Assembly (NCBI GenBank): GCA_018398765.1
Contig: JAHBMJ010000072.1
Span: 1-58,862, forward strand
Source: Chromera velia
Lineage: Eukaryota
Reading direction: 5' to 3'
DNA: 58,862 nucleotides
Shown: one piece after another, positions 22,594 through 36,199 of the stretch
How the letters are laid out: the number at the start of each line of letters is the position of its first letter
Numbering within the stretch: the stretch's first letter is position 1
Program-made: the position numbers and the translations under genes
The notes under the pieces: generated by a model
The model's database searches: none
Seen by the model: the letters and a program-made list of their open reading frames with translations, nothing else
Told to the model about the DNA's origin: nothing

Positions 22594-24396
22594 GTCAATG
22601 AGGAGTGATGAAGATGGAAGAAGAAGGACGCCAGCAGAGGAAAACAGAGAAAAGAGGTATCTGAACGGGGGGGTGGTTTTTTGAATTTTAAGGTCAGACT
22701 ATGGGAGCCGAGATCAGCACAGTCGATGACTAAAGAAGGAAGCGGCGGTCCGTCGCTGTGTTTCTGTCGGTACGTGCATGTGTGTGTCAGTGTGACGGAC
22801 GGGAATCTGTTTGACGGGAGTCTGTCATCAGAGACCCTAACGAAGTTTCTAATCCATGAGCAGTGTTGTGGGGCCGTGTGAATTCCGTGCGGTGGAAACA
22901 CACCGCATGCGTACGACAAAGCGTGCGTCACATGGCGTGCATGCTGGAAATGAGTATGGCAAGATGTGAGGCGGAATTAAGTAGACTGAAGAACTACATG
23001 ATCGTGGAAGAGTGAACGATAGACAGAGCGTAAGTCATCCTGTTACTCATGAGTGAAGAGCAGTCTTTCCGATCTCGGAAGTAGAATCCGAAGTACGGGG
23101 AGCTGCATGTGCGTGCGTAGCGTGACGTTCTATGTTCGTGTCATGTGATTACGGGACTTGCGGGTCACGAGGGGTAGAGCCGTATAGCTGGCCAGACTGG
23201 CAAAATAATCACAGAATTCACATCCTGAGTCGTGAGTCGTTCTGTGACCGATGCAAAGTCATCTTATCTCCTTCGCATTTCTTCTCTCTTCGTCTCTTTA
23301 CATCCTTCCTGGATGTGTTCAATGAGTGTGTTCAATGACACGGAAATTAACTTGAACCGTTTTGAATTTGACTTGTCCTAGGACTTGTCGCGTGCGGCAG
23401 TTGAGGAACTGCGACAGCCACGCGTGCATCTGAAGAGCTCAAGTTGATCTTTCAACCAGTTACATATAGATTATTCAGGTTACTAGTGACATAGTATCAG
23501 TAGCAACGAATCACTCTTTTTTAATAAACAACATAACAATATGTTACACTTAGTAATTTACAGTTTAAAATCTTTATAGAATCATAGGTGACATAATACG
23601 CCTAGTCATAAATATATATTCAATTAAAAAAGTTGTAACTATTTTACATATAGTACCTAGACTGAGATCGATCTAGATCGATCGATGTATATATAAATTC
23701 AATGTTACAACGGCAGATTTGAAGTGTTGATTCAAGCAGTGTAGCATGGCATCCTGGAAAATAACAACTTTTTTAGCAACTTTTCCCTGCCTAAGTTACA
23801 GCTAGTTGCAGCCTATAACATTAGAAATATCGATCCAGCTACCTCTGGATATAGATGGCGCATCAAAGTCATAGTCATAGTCACGGCAGATATAGACAAT
23901 AATAAGTCACAATATTCAAATGATCAATTTTTTTTAAAAAAAACGTTTTATGAAACAATTAAGTATCTCGTTAATTTGCTGTTCCATCGTACCGTTGTTC
24001 TATTGAAGTTATAGGCAATAGAATGAAGTTAGGTTTTTAGATCGAAGGCTAGTAAGAACGACATAGACTAGTCTTATTTTGTTAGTAAATATTTAGTTAT
24101 TAAATTGAGCAACAGGAATGATAGATTAAGAAGTCATGGAGAAAGATCAATCGGAATGTAAGAGTCAAGGTCTTATAGGGCTGATATACAGTAAAGGGTG
24201 TTTACCTTGACAGAAGATTGGTAGAGAATGGATGGAAATGAATTAAACACTCGGTATAAAAGAAATAAGTCAGACGATATCAGAAAGCTGATAAAAGAAA
24301 TAAGGTTAAAAAGCTTGAGTAAAAAAAAAGCAATAGAGTTAATAAGAAAGACAGAAAATAGATTGATAGAAGGTCAAGCAATGAGTCTGATGATAC

Positions 24397-24530
24397 ACCG
24401 ATACAGAACTGATTAATCGGTTCTGTATCGGTTAAGGCAAAGTATGTCAAACTTGATACACTTTCAAAAATGAAAGTCTGTCAAACATGATACACTTACA
24501 CAATTGATACACTTTCACAATTGGCAACCT
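24397..24530. repeat. 36-bp near-perfect palindrome followed by short tgatacactt direct repeats
   Basis: accgatacagaactgat|taatcggttctgtatcggt has one mismatch; tgatacactt occurs three times at ~24454-24514. Confidence 0.8.
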
Positions 24531-26609
24531 TTGCAGGAAACAAGCATAAAATGCAACTTTGAAAAAAAAGAAAAGAAAGAATCGATTAAAAACTTGACCT
24601 TGGAGTAACAGAATTGAATCCCAAATCGAGTTGACTTACTTTCTGGAAGAATTGACTTGAAGCGATCTAAACCGACCTTCACTGACTTCAATAGCATTGA
24701 GTGAATAATTAAAAGATATATTCAACTTCAATTCTAGTTCTATTCTTTCGTTTCGGCTTCGTCTGACCTACTGAGTCCGGAGGAGCACGGAACACCGTAA
24801 GCTTAGTAGTGGTAAGCCCAGAACTTTGATCATAATATATAAATCAATGATGATGCACAATCTAGTACACAATCCTGAAAGGCACAGGACGGCCACAGGC
24901 CTTTGCACAGGCAAAACATGTCGAAACAGGTTTTTATCCCCCTAAAAACTCTTTTTGTGTACTTGACCATACAAATATAACATACTTATACAAACAGCTA
25001 GACAATTTAATAGTTTGTGAACATTGACGAATATACGCTTACCACTGTTAACATTAGTTGGCGTCAACATTGGCTAAGCCAAAATAAGCCAAAAAACAAC
25101 CTTTTGCCAGCTAAGCCAATAGATTAGCCAATTAATCACATTTAGCAACTCTGACTGCTGTAAAGTGATTAAAGTCTAAATCAAGGTATTTTTAAACTTA
25201 GTGTTTAGAAGTGGGTTTAGAATTCATTGATATAAAACACTGTGTCATGGCCCTATGTTAGTTAGTTAGTTAGCTATATGTCATTTGAGACTTAATTTTG
25301 AGTTGTCTTGTATTCCCAGGAAATGATTTCTCAGCCAATTGCAAGTAGCTGAACTTGCTCAGAATATGGAGACGGCAGTAAGATTTTTGTGCCCTGCTGG
25401 CTGGGTCGTTGTCTGACGGGCATAAACCAGAGATCGAAAACTCACAGCTTCTAACAGCCTAGCTAACAGCTTCGTCCGTTTCGTTCACTCACGATGATGT
25501 CAAAGCCCCCTGCATGCAGAGTCACTGTGTTTGAAAGCAGACAGGCAGACGCAGACAGCTTTCGCAGCGAAAGTAATTCCAACGTAATTCCAACACGTTC
25601 CAACAGCGGATGTCACCGGTAGCCCTACCCACGAAATCGACCCACGACCGAGAGATGAGAACAAGAATGTTCTGAAGTATACGTGAGGTGTAGAAACAAC
25701 GGGGGAGGCTGAACATGTATCCAACACCCTCCTTGGATGATCGTGAATGATGCAGAACCCCGCTCATGAATCGAAGGATCGCATCGTTGTCAGCAAAGAG
25801 CTCTTGGATCTTTGTTCGTCATGTCTTTCACCAAAAGGCAACGAAGTGATGTAACATCATGAACGTAACTGGGGTCATACACAACAGAAATATCGCCATG
25901 CATGTACTAATATACACGAAACAATCCATCCAGAACCTGGGAACAGACACATGTCACACAGCGGTCTATTGACAGGGGTGGACATGCATGCACCTTTGGA
26001 CCATTCATCTTTGCTAGCGACAGCCAAGGCAGAAAGAAAGAGACAAGCAGGCGATTAACAGAACAGAGACGGACCTGTTGAGAACCGTTGAGAACCACCG
26101 TATTTCTGAATCCTGACTGAACGGTTGGAGACGTATATACGGTTCTGTGATTACTCTGCCCACTGAGACGTACAGTAACTGAGGCGACTGCTGGCGAGCA
26201 AGCAGACCAGCGTGTGGCTACTCCGTCTTGATGGTCCTCGGGGGGGCAGTGAGATAATGCACTTTGTGAGGACTCTCCGCTCTCTTCATTCTGTTGACAA
26301 AGGTCAGTCAACTCCGACGCGCAGATAGAACGAGTCAAACGATGTCATGTTTTGCGTACATGCTGTCCGTGTGCAACACAACTATATAACACAACTGCAT
26401 GTCACACTGCTGAAGCTGCAACATAGTGCAACACCAACATAAATCAGCACTTCGATCCAGCTACACCTTGAAGGATGTGGCTCATTAATTGTCATCCCTC
26501 CAGTCCTCACAAAACCTTTCCTCGCAATGCATAAGGAGCAATCGTGGAACCTCTGAAGGCTGTGCAGTACTGCTGCCTCATTGGTCGGTTTTTTCAATTC
26601 CACTCAAAC

Positions 26610-27727
26610 ATGAGAGGCAGTTTACTATTCTGCTGTCTTCTCTTCCTGATTGTGAAGGGAGGAGAGTCCTTCCTCGTACAACGCAGCCCTCCAAAAAGGA
26701 CGGCAACTCTCCAGAGAGCCGATCCGACGCTAGGAAAGAACGCAGGCACAGGGGTCAAATCTGGGTCTGAGCTCAAAGACTTTGGACCCCAAGCAACGGC
26801 TCTATTCAATTCCTACAGGGTGCCTGCGTCTCTTGTCGCTGGTGCTGCCTTTGGAGGGGCGTTTTCGCTTCCCTTACAGGCTGCTGATGATTTACTGTTC
26901 CAAATGGTGAAGAGAACGGTCAGTTTGCTGTGATGAACAGGATCTTAGAGCCTCACCCGTCTTTTGAGACTCACCCGTCTCCGTGCCTTTTCACGTCTCC
27001 CGTCTCCCCCTCTTCGTCTGCCGCTGTCCTTCCTCTGAGTGTCCCCGCTGCGATCTCTAGCTGCCGAACTTTGTGGCCTGTCTTTTGGTTCCAGATTCAC
27101 GAACGTGTGTGCCGACATGTTTGACTTATAAAGAGTGGGACTCGTCTGAGGATACATTTCTTGTTCCCGCCACGTATCGGATTTCCAGTCGGTTTAAACA
27201 TTAACATGTGTTGTGTCTCCATGCAGTACATTTTGATTGCCATGGGAACAGTTGCGTCGCAGATCATCGTGATTGTGGCCTCGACCATGGCGATAGAAAA
27301 GATAGGGGTGCAGCACCCAGAGAGCCGCGTGCTGGCAGCAGATCTGAGGGAATACCTTCAGAAGAATTTGGACGTTGAGTGGTCGGCAGTTCGGCTGGAC
27401 TTTCTTCTGGGGTTGATTGGATTTGCAATCATGGGGGGGGTGCGGGTGTGGGTTGCCTTTGAGTGTCCTCGATTTGCCAAGATGGGACTTCTTGTGATTG
27501 CGACTTCGGTCGCGTTGGTCTCGGCTGTGATTGATGAAGCGATGGGGGAGGACACCGTGGGTTGCCTGATTGCGGACTTCTTTGGAGCATGGGCAAAAAG
27601 GGTGTACGAAGGAAAACCGCTGTACATCCTTGCGGCGGCGATGATGGCCTACAGCTTCTACTTTCTTGTGGGATCGTACATTGATGCCTATTCATATCTG
27701 AAGAGACTGAAATTGGGCGTCAGCTGA
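26610..27727 (+). CDS. Multi-pass membrane protein with a bipartite (signal + transit) N-terminus, probably plastid-targeted; exons 26610-26918 and 27227-27727
   Basis: MRGSLLFCCLLFLIVKGGES|FLVQRSPPKRTATLQR is a signal peptide followed by Phe and a basic/hydroxylated stretch; phase-0 intron gtcagt..atgcag; several hydrophobic helices. Confidence 0.75.
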
Positions 27728-28194
27728 CAGACTCATGAGAGCATCGAAAGGGACCTTGATCTTTCTGAGCGGTTTTGTTCGTAGCTACATTTTAATGCCA
27801 TCTCTGTGCTCACCTCTCCTTTCTCTATCTACCCTGAGCTTTTGCAAAAGGACTTCTGCCATCACTGCATGTCCCGTCGTGATTCTCTGCAAAGATTGGG
27901 ATCTAGACTCTCTGTTCTTTCCTTCCCGCTGCCGTCCCTCCTTCCGTCCCATCCTTTGAAGAAGGGATCACGAATGATGCTCCTACAGAACATACCGCAA
28001 CAACAAGTAGAGGGAGAAAGGTCTGTGTACTTGCCTGCCTGCCTGTGTTTCTTCCTTCCTCCCTTCCTTTCTTCCTTCCTTCCTTTGTTTGTTCATTTAT
28101 TTTGTTCGTTCGTCGCTCCATTCGTTTCCTCCGTTCTTTCCTTTTCTTCCCATCTTTCTTTTTTTTTTCGTTTCCCCGACTTCCTTCTTATTCC

Positions 28195-28239
28195 TTCTTC
28201 TCTTCTTTCTTTTTTTTTTCTTTTTTTTCTTTCTTTCTC

Positions 28240-28278
<39 letters not shown>

Positions 28279-28294
28279 GTCTTTCTTTCTTTCT

Positions 28295-28344
<50 letters not shown>

Positions 28345-28345
28345 T
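28195..28345 (+). repeat. (TCTT)n/(CT)n microsatellite
   Basis: Seen directly. Confidence 0.9.
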
Positions 28346-29469
28346 TCTTTTCTAGTTTCTTTTCCTTTTTCATAGCCTTCTTGTTGTCTCTCTCTCTTTC
28401 ATGTATACGTCAAGGTAGACGCCGACACTCCAGATCATGCGTCTAAGTGGTTTCCTGAGAAGCCGCACATCGGACATTCGGCGTATTGGGGCAGGAATTA
28501 AGCCGCTCCTCTGGAAACTAGTCCAGATATAAATCGATTCTTGTCCCGGTCCTAGTCCTATAGTGATATAGACCTAATCATAATTTGATTCGTAAGAAAT
28601 CCTATCTTGCTAGCTATCTTATAAATCATATAGAATAAAGTTTTTATTCAAATTTCTTGTGTACATGTATAGTCATTAATTTTTTATTACATTTCTCGAT
28701 CTAGAGATTTTTTTAAAGTTATGACTTGCTAGTGCAGAAGGAAGCGTGATAGTATAGGTAATATATATGTTGCACTATAAATGAAAACTAGAATTAAAGT
28801 CTATAATATGCATCCATTATGTACACGGAACGCATCAATCAACCAATCAATCAAATTAATCATTGCATGTACATATGCATTTCTAAAAAAAATGTTATAA
28901 GAAAAACGTCAAAACCTTTAGGCTTTAGGATAGGACAGAATTTTATATTCTGGCAATCCCCGTGATGTACCGCGGTCCACCGTCCACTGGACCACTGCCA
29001 GGTATTGGTATTTCTAGATCGGTTTATCTCCAGACCCACTATAGTAGACCTATCACTTAATTTATTGTTATTCCAAGCGGCCAAGCCAGACTTTTTTTCT
29101 CGCTAACCCTAGCGCAAACCTAGCCTTTCGGCTAGCCTTCACTACGGCCCTTAAAGCCGCCCTTTAGGGTTCTTTTTTGTTCGACTAGTTGTTCGGTCGT
29201 TTCCACCGCTTCAAAGACGGCTGCGATCGGTTCAATATCTTTTCTCATCTTGTTCACTGACAGTTCGTTTGAAGTTTGACTGGTCTAACACAGCCTGCAG
29301 AAGCTCACATGCATGGCATCAAATTGGCATCAAATCATCGGCTTGTACGTCATCTCAAGCACTTGCAGAGTCACTTTGCGTCCAGATACCTTAACTTCTC
29401 TGCTCCGTCTCTCCTTCTCTCCGCCCTTTGGTCCCCGCCACCTGCTCATGCAAACATCCAGTCATTCGA

Positions 29470-31098
29470 TCATCCGAGTTTTGCAAGAGCCTTGTCAAGT
29501 CCCTTCCACTTCATCAGCTTCTTAAAGTCATCCAGAGGAATGTGGGCTCCCTTCTTCGTGGGCTTCCCTCCGTCGTAGGTGTGTCTGATGTCAACGTAGA
29601 TTTTGCCTTTGAACTGAGAACAAAAAGAAAGAAGCAAAAGACAGGAAGAAAACGAGAGGAGAAGAAAGAAAATAGATAGGATAGGATAGGATTTGTGTTT
29701 TGAGTTCCCCCGCGGTCCACTGCCGGGCGTCGACTTGAGTGTACAAACAACACATTCTTGCACGCTCTGGCTGTGCGGGTTCGAGGGGGGCAAGAGGGGA
29801 GGAAGGGACACTGACAGGCACACAGTTGGGGAGGTACACCGGTAAAACGGCATACAGTTGAACCAACGAGATGGCGCGGCCTGTCACTTGCTCTCACATT
29901 TTCCTCAGAGTCGCTTCCCTTTCATCTCCGAGAAAAGGATGTAGACAAACGATGAAAAGAGAAACATAAAATACAGACAGCCAAATGCAACAAAGGAACC
30001 CCAACACCAAGAAAAACGGAAGAGCAGATGCAGGGATCAGGAAAGGCCGCAGGAAAATAGAGTACGACGGAGAGCGGCGACATCGCCAACATATGAAGAG
30101 GGAAAAAGAGACTTTATCAACCTTTCATGCCGATCTCGCATCAGAGCGGCAGACAAACAGATTCACATGCAAGAAAACCAAGAGAGACAGGGCAAAAACG
30201 GAAAGACAGAGGTAGACTCAAAGAGAAAAGGGACAGAGGCAGAGACAGCCAAAAGCGAGCCAAAGAGTGGGGGACAGAGACCGAAAGACGCACACAAAGG
30301 TAGGGACAGAAAACGCCAAAGACAGACGGATAAATGGAGACACACAGATGCACACGGGGACAGAAGAAGATCCCCAAAAAAGTATTCATACAGACAGAGG
30401 TAAGAGCGAGAGGGCGAACAAGAGAGATACAAATCGACTTTTCAAACGGCTGCAGAGCGATTACAGAAAAGATCATTGCGCGGGGGGCGGCAGCTTTATT
30501 GCGGAAGAAAAGGGAGAAGCTGTGATCAAACAATTAAGACAGACTGCGGGACAGCATAGCACAGCTTGAAATCTACTGAGCAGACCTTGCTGACAGTGAG
30601 CTTCATTTCGTCCTTGACCATTGTCGTCCACTCTTTTCCGTTCCACGATCCATCTGCAATTCCGTCTCCGTCGTCCTCGTCTTCGTCGGCAGCGTTGTCT
30701 TCTTTCTCTTCCTCTTCCTCGGCTTCTTTCTCTTTCTCCTCGTCCTCGTCATCCTCATCATGCTTCACCCTCTTCTCAGCCTCTGCAAAGAAGAACTATG
30801 CATCGGTCTACAGACGGTCCGCGCCTTCGCGCGAAAGATGTTGCCTGCCTCGCTCTCCTTCCTGTCTCGAGGGGAAAATCTATCCAGTCTGTAGCCTCAG
30901 GAAAAGTGACCGGACTGCTTGATTGAGTTGTTTACTTTCCATCGTTGGCGGCTGTACGGGACAATTCTGATGGAAGAAACCAATTTTTGCGTCTCGACGT
31001 CTAACGTGCAGTTGAATTTGGATGGGACTGAAGGAAACGAAGGCAAAAACGGGCACAAGTTACTAACCATCCTCGGCATCACTCTTGCGCTTTGCCAT
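29470..31098 (-). CDS. SUB1: PC4/Sub1-family ssDNA-binding transcriptional coactivator; exons 31098-31068, 30782-30586, 29613-29470
   Basis: Spliced product MAKRKSDAEDEAEKRVKH-(acidic tract)-..MKLTVSK|FKGKIYVDIRHTYDGGKPTKKGAHIPLDDFKKL matches the PC4 core (V..FKG..YVDIR..Y...P.KKG); intron phases are consistent. Confidence 0.88.
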
Positions 31099-31760
31099 CT
31101 TGAGAGAACCTCTATCCGAAGGGGTGCAAGAAAAAAGTTAGGAAGCCGAAATACTTGTTTCTGAGGGGGATGCCGTCTCCTTTCCCAAGTCAACCTGTTC
31201 GATTGTCTTTGGTTTTGTGGCCGACTACAACGACCAATCAGACTCAGTCCCTTCTTGGCCAACTTAACGCTGTCGTGTCAGGACACTTCAAAGCAGTGGG
31301 AGATAGGCAACGAATGTAGAGCTAGGCTGTATATGACTTGTCTGACAATAAAGGCGCGCACAATTAGGTGCCTGCACAAAATTTTGTCACCTTGTCCGCG
31401 GGGATGCACATTTTGGCTTTCCGGGGCCGAGCTCGCCTGAAAACGCGCCTGATACGCGCCTGACACGTCATGCACCTTTTTCGCGCATGCAGCTTTCGGA
31501 GACATCAGCTTCCCAATACTTCCCACATGCTTCCCACACACTTGCTTCCATAGAGGCAGCACGTCAAAGCCATCAAAAAAGAAGTTCATTAGACGTCTCC
31601 TTGAAGAAGCATTCAACGGCCCTGGAAAGTGCAGGGCGCTTAGACTACACCTATCGTACGGAGACTGCCATCTGAGGACATCCGTCTCCTTCTCTGCTTT
31701 TTGTTGCAACAGATTGTGGGGAACTAGGTAACTGCCCTGGATCGTCCCTGTAACGAAACT

Positions 31761-33694
31761 ATGGACTCGTCTGCCCCAAGAAGTGGTTGCAAGACCGTGG
31801 ATGTTCTAGTCATTGGGGCAGGATTCGGGGGTATCTGCGCTGCCAAGTATTTAAAGGATGCGGGATTTTCGGATCTTCTGATTGTGGACAAGAACCCGGA
31901 GCTTGGGGGCACATGGTACGAGAACGTGAGTCTACACCGCGTAACCTGTTTGGCAAGAGTCTAATTCCTCACTGTTTCCCGCACACTCGCCCGTGGATGA
32001 CGGGGGGGGGATGAGGGGCAGGGTGTTTGGGGCAGATATCGTAGAGACGGGTGGAGGGAGCATGAACCATATTGGTGCATCACAGAGATTGAAGTGTGCT
32101 GTCCATCTAGGAGTCACCCATGCATGAAGTGTGCTCGCCTTTTTGACTTGTGTGCACGTGTTCTGCCTGCATGCAGACGTATCCCGGTGCGGCATGCGAT
32201 GTGACCTCTGTCCTCTATTCGTTCTCGTTCTTCACGAACTTCTCCTGGTCAAGCTTCTTCCCTCCCCAGAAGGAGATCCACACCTATCAGAGGGAGACCG
32301 TGGACAAGTTTGGTCTCAGACCTCTGCTTCGTCTTGGCCATACAGTGAAGGAAATCGAATTCAATGAAGAGACGGCGATGTGGACTGCCCGGTGTGAGGT
32401 GGCAAGTGCGGGGAAGGAGGAGAAGGAGACGGTGACTATCAAGTCGCGTTTCGTGATTTCGTGCGTCGGCCAGTTGAACAAGCCGATGACTCCCCAAATC
32501 GAGGGACAGTCCAAGTTTGCAGGTCCCGCTTTCCACACTGCCCAGTGGGACCATTCTGTTTCCCTGGCCGGGAAGCGGGTGGCGGTGGTGGGGTGTGCCG
32601 CATCAGCCATTCAGGTCATCCCCACCATCCAACCGATCGTTGGACAACTGACAGTGTTCCAGCGTACCCCGAGTTACATTGCCCCAAAGCCGTTGGAGGG
32701 TACGTTCAGTGAATTCGAGAAGTGGCTTCTCTCGTTCTCCCTCGTCTTTTGGCTTCTCCGAATGTTCATATACCTCTGGCACGATATGCAGTGGTTTGCC
32801 CTTTCCGGTGTTTGGGGGTTGAAACACCTGTGGATGTTCGTTGTCGCTTTGAACAAATCGAGGGGGCTCCAGGGAGCCTCTCCTGAGAAGCGGGCAGAGA
32901 TTGACAAAAAAGTGACACCCGACTATGCCTTCGGGTGCAAACGTCTCCTCCTCTCCTCGAATTTCTATCCCGCCATCAGCCAACCGAATGTCTCCGTTGT
33001 TACGGACCCAATCGATCGTGTTCAGGAGGGGGGAATCGTGGCAAAGAACAAAGAGACGGGTGAGTGTACTCTGTACGAGGCCGATGTGATTGTGTATGCG
33101 ACAGGGTTCCAAGCCCAGTCGTTCATCTCCCCCACAGAGGTCAAGTGCAGAGGGAAAGAACTAGGCCGGGAGTGGAGAGAGCACGACCCCCGTGCCTACC
33201 TCGGTATTCTAGCTGCGGGTTTTCCCAACCTGTTTTTTGTTTACGGACCCAACACGAACCTCGGGCACAGCTCGATCATCTTCATGCTCGAGTGCCAAGC
33301 CGCTTACATTGTTAAGTGCCTCAAAGAGCTCCGCTCCCGCAAAGCCAGGAGCGTTGAGGTGCGTGAGGAGGCAGCAGACAGATTTGACACTGAGGTCCAA
33401 TCAAGTCTCAAAAAGTCTGTCTGGAGTACCGGCTGTGCGAGTTGGTACACGAGTTCCAAGAGCGGGAGGGTGGTGAACAACTGGAGGGGGACCACCACAG
33501 GGTACTGGTGGTTGACTAGACGTCTGAACCTCCCAGACCTAGTTTTTTCTCCTAGAGCACCGCAGTCCTCCCTACCCCTCGATCGTCTGCGAGAGGGGAA
33601 GGACGAAGAGCTCCATCTGTCCAGACAGGAGACCAAAGACACTGTGGGGGTGGACGGAGCAGGGGTCTCTGCGCTTGAAAAATCCGCTGCGTAG
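31761..33694 (+). CDS. Type I Baeyer-Villiger monooxygenase (class B flavoprotein monooxygenase); exons 31761-31925 and 32177-33694
   Basis: FAD motif GAGFGG; spliced GGTWYENTYPGAACD fingerprint; FAGPAFHTAQWD (FxGxxxHxxxWD); second Rossmann VAVVGCAASA; FQRTP; GCKR; ATGF; GFPNLF..GPN. Confidence 0.95.
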
Positions 33695-34018
33695 GTTGTC
33701 GGACTGGCAGAAAGCGAGAGAGGGTTGATCGAGAAGTGGAAGAAAGAATTCATCGCACCTGCACGGATTCTCACTTGCTTGTTTGTATAAGTGGAAGCCT
33801 CGCACGGTGGTTGACTGTTTGTTTCGTTGACGGGAGAGTCCAGGCAGACGGCTTGTGCAAGCTTTGGGCGCCTCCGTCGCTTTCATCGTTTCCATTTCCC
33901 CCCAGACTCCTCTTAATTCATTTATTTTTCTGTTCCTAGTTCTGTTCCCGATCGGCGATGAAGTTCGTTGATTCTTCACTTCGTTTGGTTATGCATGTGT
34001 ATTTGTGTTGCCACTGTT

Positions 34019-34131
34019 TTAACTGCAGACTGCAGTTAACTAGTCTGCAGTTCACTGCACTAGTTAACTGCATGCAGTAGTAAATACAGTTCCGAGTCTA
34101 GCTGCAGTTAACTGCACTGTCACACTGTCAC
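34019..34131. repeat. Nested palindromic cluster built from ttaactgca / tgcagttaa units
   Basis: ttaactgcagactgcagttaactagtctgcagttcactgcactagttaactgcatgcag...ctgcagttaactgcac. Confidence 0.7.
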
Positions 34132-34212
34132 AAAGTCATTGTATGCAAGCATAGGCCTAGGCATATAGGCATACTAGTAGGCACTAGAGTAAGCATAATT
34201 CTAGGCATATAA

Positions 34213-34301
34213 TTACTTACTTACTTAATTGTAGTTAAGCCTAGAGTCTCTGAAACCAGAGACAAATGGCAACCCATGCATGCAGTTGTAAACAAAAGGA
34301 G
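34213..34301 (-). mobile_element. Short retroposon 3'-end fragment with a (TAAG)n tail, copy 1
   Basis: Reverse complement matches 52695-52783 with one substitution; ends in a tetranucleotide tail. Confidence 0.75.
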
Positions 34302-36199
34302 TATTATGATTGATTCAATTTATCTAGCAATTTATGAATAAATCAAAAATATTATAGCAAAAGTAACCACAATTTTAAATAGTTGGCTAGATATATAGTT
34401 ATTGATTAAATTATTACTCACTTCCTAAAAAAATAGTAGCTTAATCATTGAGCTTTTGAATGCTTTTCACCAGACCTAGAATCAAACAATACGACTCAAA
34501 CTCATTTTTTGATAGTAGTACTCAATTAATTAAAAAATGAACCATGCAAATCTAGTACTCAATACTAGTTAACACTCTGCGCGTACATACATGTACACAT
34601 CGCAATCTGTGGAAAGAGTATAAAACATTGTAAGGGTTTAATTGTTTTAGATTTCATTCATACATGTGTGTAAATTTGCGATGCTCATTCAATTAAGGCG
34701 GGCAGACTGGTGAAGGGTTGCAGCAATTCACCTGAGCAGGAATAATGAAGCACAGTGCCCTGAAGAGCTCCGTGTGGTACAAAGCGAACGACTTGTGGGT
34801 CGCTGACGCCTCTAGCTTCTCTGTCAGTTGGTCTTCTTGCAGACATTTGCAGGTCAATATTGCAAAGTTTGCGTAGGAAGACAAACGGTGTGTTTGACTC
34901 AGCGAGGCTCCTGCCCCTTCAGTTTCCTGTGTGTGTTCTGATTTGAAAGACGTGCAAGCGTGCACACCCTGCACCGGATAACCCTCGACCATCCCCCCCC
35001 CGATCCCGCCCTGTATAAAGTCATGAGATTTGCCGCGCGACACGGGAGCAGCAAAGTGCTCTCGATGCACTCAAGTTGTTCCCTGTGGGCCAGGGTGTTG
35101 TTTGTAGACAGAGGAGAGCGGAGGAAATAGAAGGCAAGAGAAGAGACGAGACGAGGAAAGAGAAGAAAAAGGGAAAAAAGAATTTCCCCCTCTGCGTCGG
35201 GACTTGCGAATCCGGGGTTCTGGAAGTACATTCTTTTTTTCATCGACCTTCCTTGAAACACCCCGTGCGAGAAGAGACCCGAGAAAGTCGCTGGCTGACA
35301 ACAGGATGGAAAGCGAGCGACAAATGATGCAAGGGTCGGAACCCTCTCTCCTGGTCTCGTTTTTTTTTTGCTTCTTGCTTTCTTTTCTTTTTTTCGCGCG
35401 CCGTGCCCACATATGCAGAGGATACTCAAGATTTGCACCGATCTTCTTTGCATCTCACAGAGTCAGATGCCCCGCCAATTGGTCCTGTGAATTGTCTCTT
35501 TCCTCTTTTCCTTTTCCCGAAAGAGACGAGACACACAGACGAAGAGAGAGAGATTGGGATAAAATGAGGCAGAACATCAAATCGAAAGGCCTGGCAAGAT
35601 AAGAAGGACCCCCACCAAAGACACAGCACCAGAACAAGAGAGAGGCATAGAGACAGGCAGAGGAAAGGAGTTGGATAGAATTACAGCTCTGAGACAGAAC
35701 AGAGAATGGAGAGAACGAACGGAAGAAGTTCAACGGTCCATTCTTTGATGCAGCAACGCAAACAGAGAACGGAGGGAGGAAGGGTGGTGAAAGAAGGTCG
35801 TGAAGTCATTCAATTGACCTTTCTTCTTACAGGCTCCCTCTCCTCGTCTCAATCACCTGCTCCTTCTGTCACTTCCCCCTAGGACAAACAGACGAAAACC
35901 AAACCTCTCTTCACCGCTCTCCACACTTCTTTCTACTTTCTTCCTCCTCCACCTTTCCACATGCAGACTTGCTTCCTTCCTATTGCCGTACATGCATATT
36001 CCCTTACATGAACCCAAAAATTCCCCAACAGCCGGCCAGACGTGCAGCACAAAGAAACGGAAAACACCGGTTCTCTGACCCCCCCCCCACCCCCATGCAT
36101 TACTTCAGACTTCTTACTGGCTTCTTCTCTCCTCTCCACTTCCCTCGCTCCTCTGAAACATCAATCCAACTTAACAACCACTCTTGTTCTTTCTTATTT

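Noticed and set aside
27806..28446. Phe/Leu/Ser-rich and Lys/Glu/Arg-rich ORFs
   Set aside because: They are translations of the (TCTT)n microsatellite.
29101..29171. Telomere-like taaccctag / tttagggtt
   Set aside because: Isolated motifs, not a tandem array.
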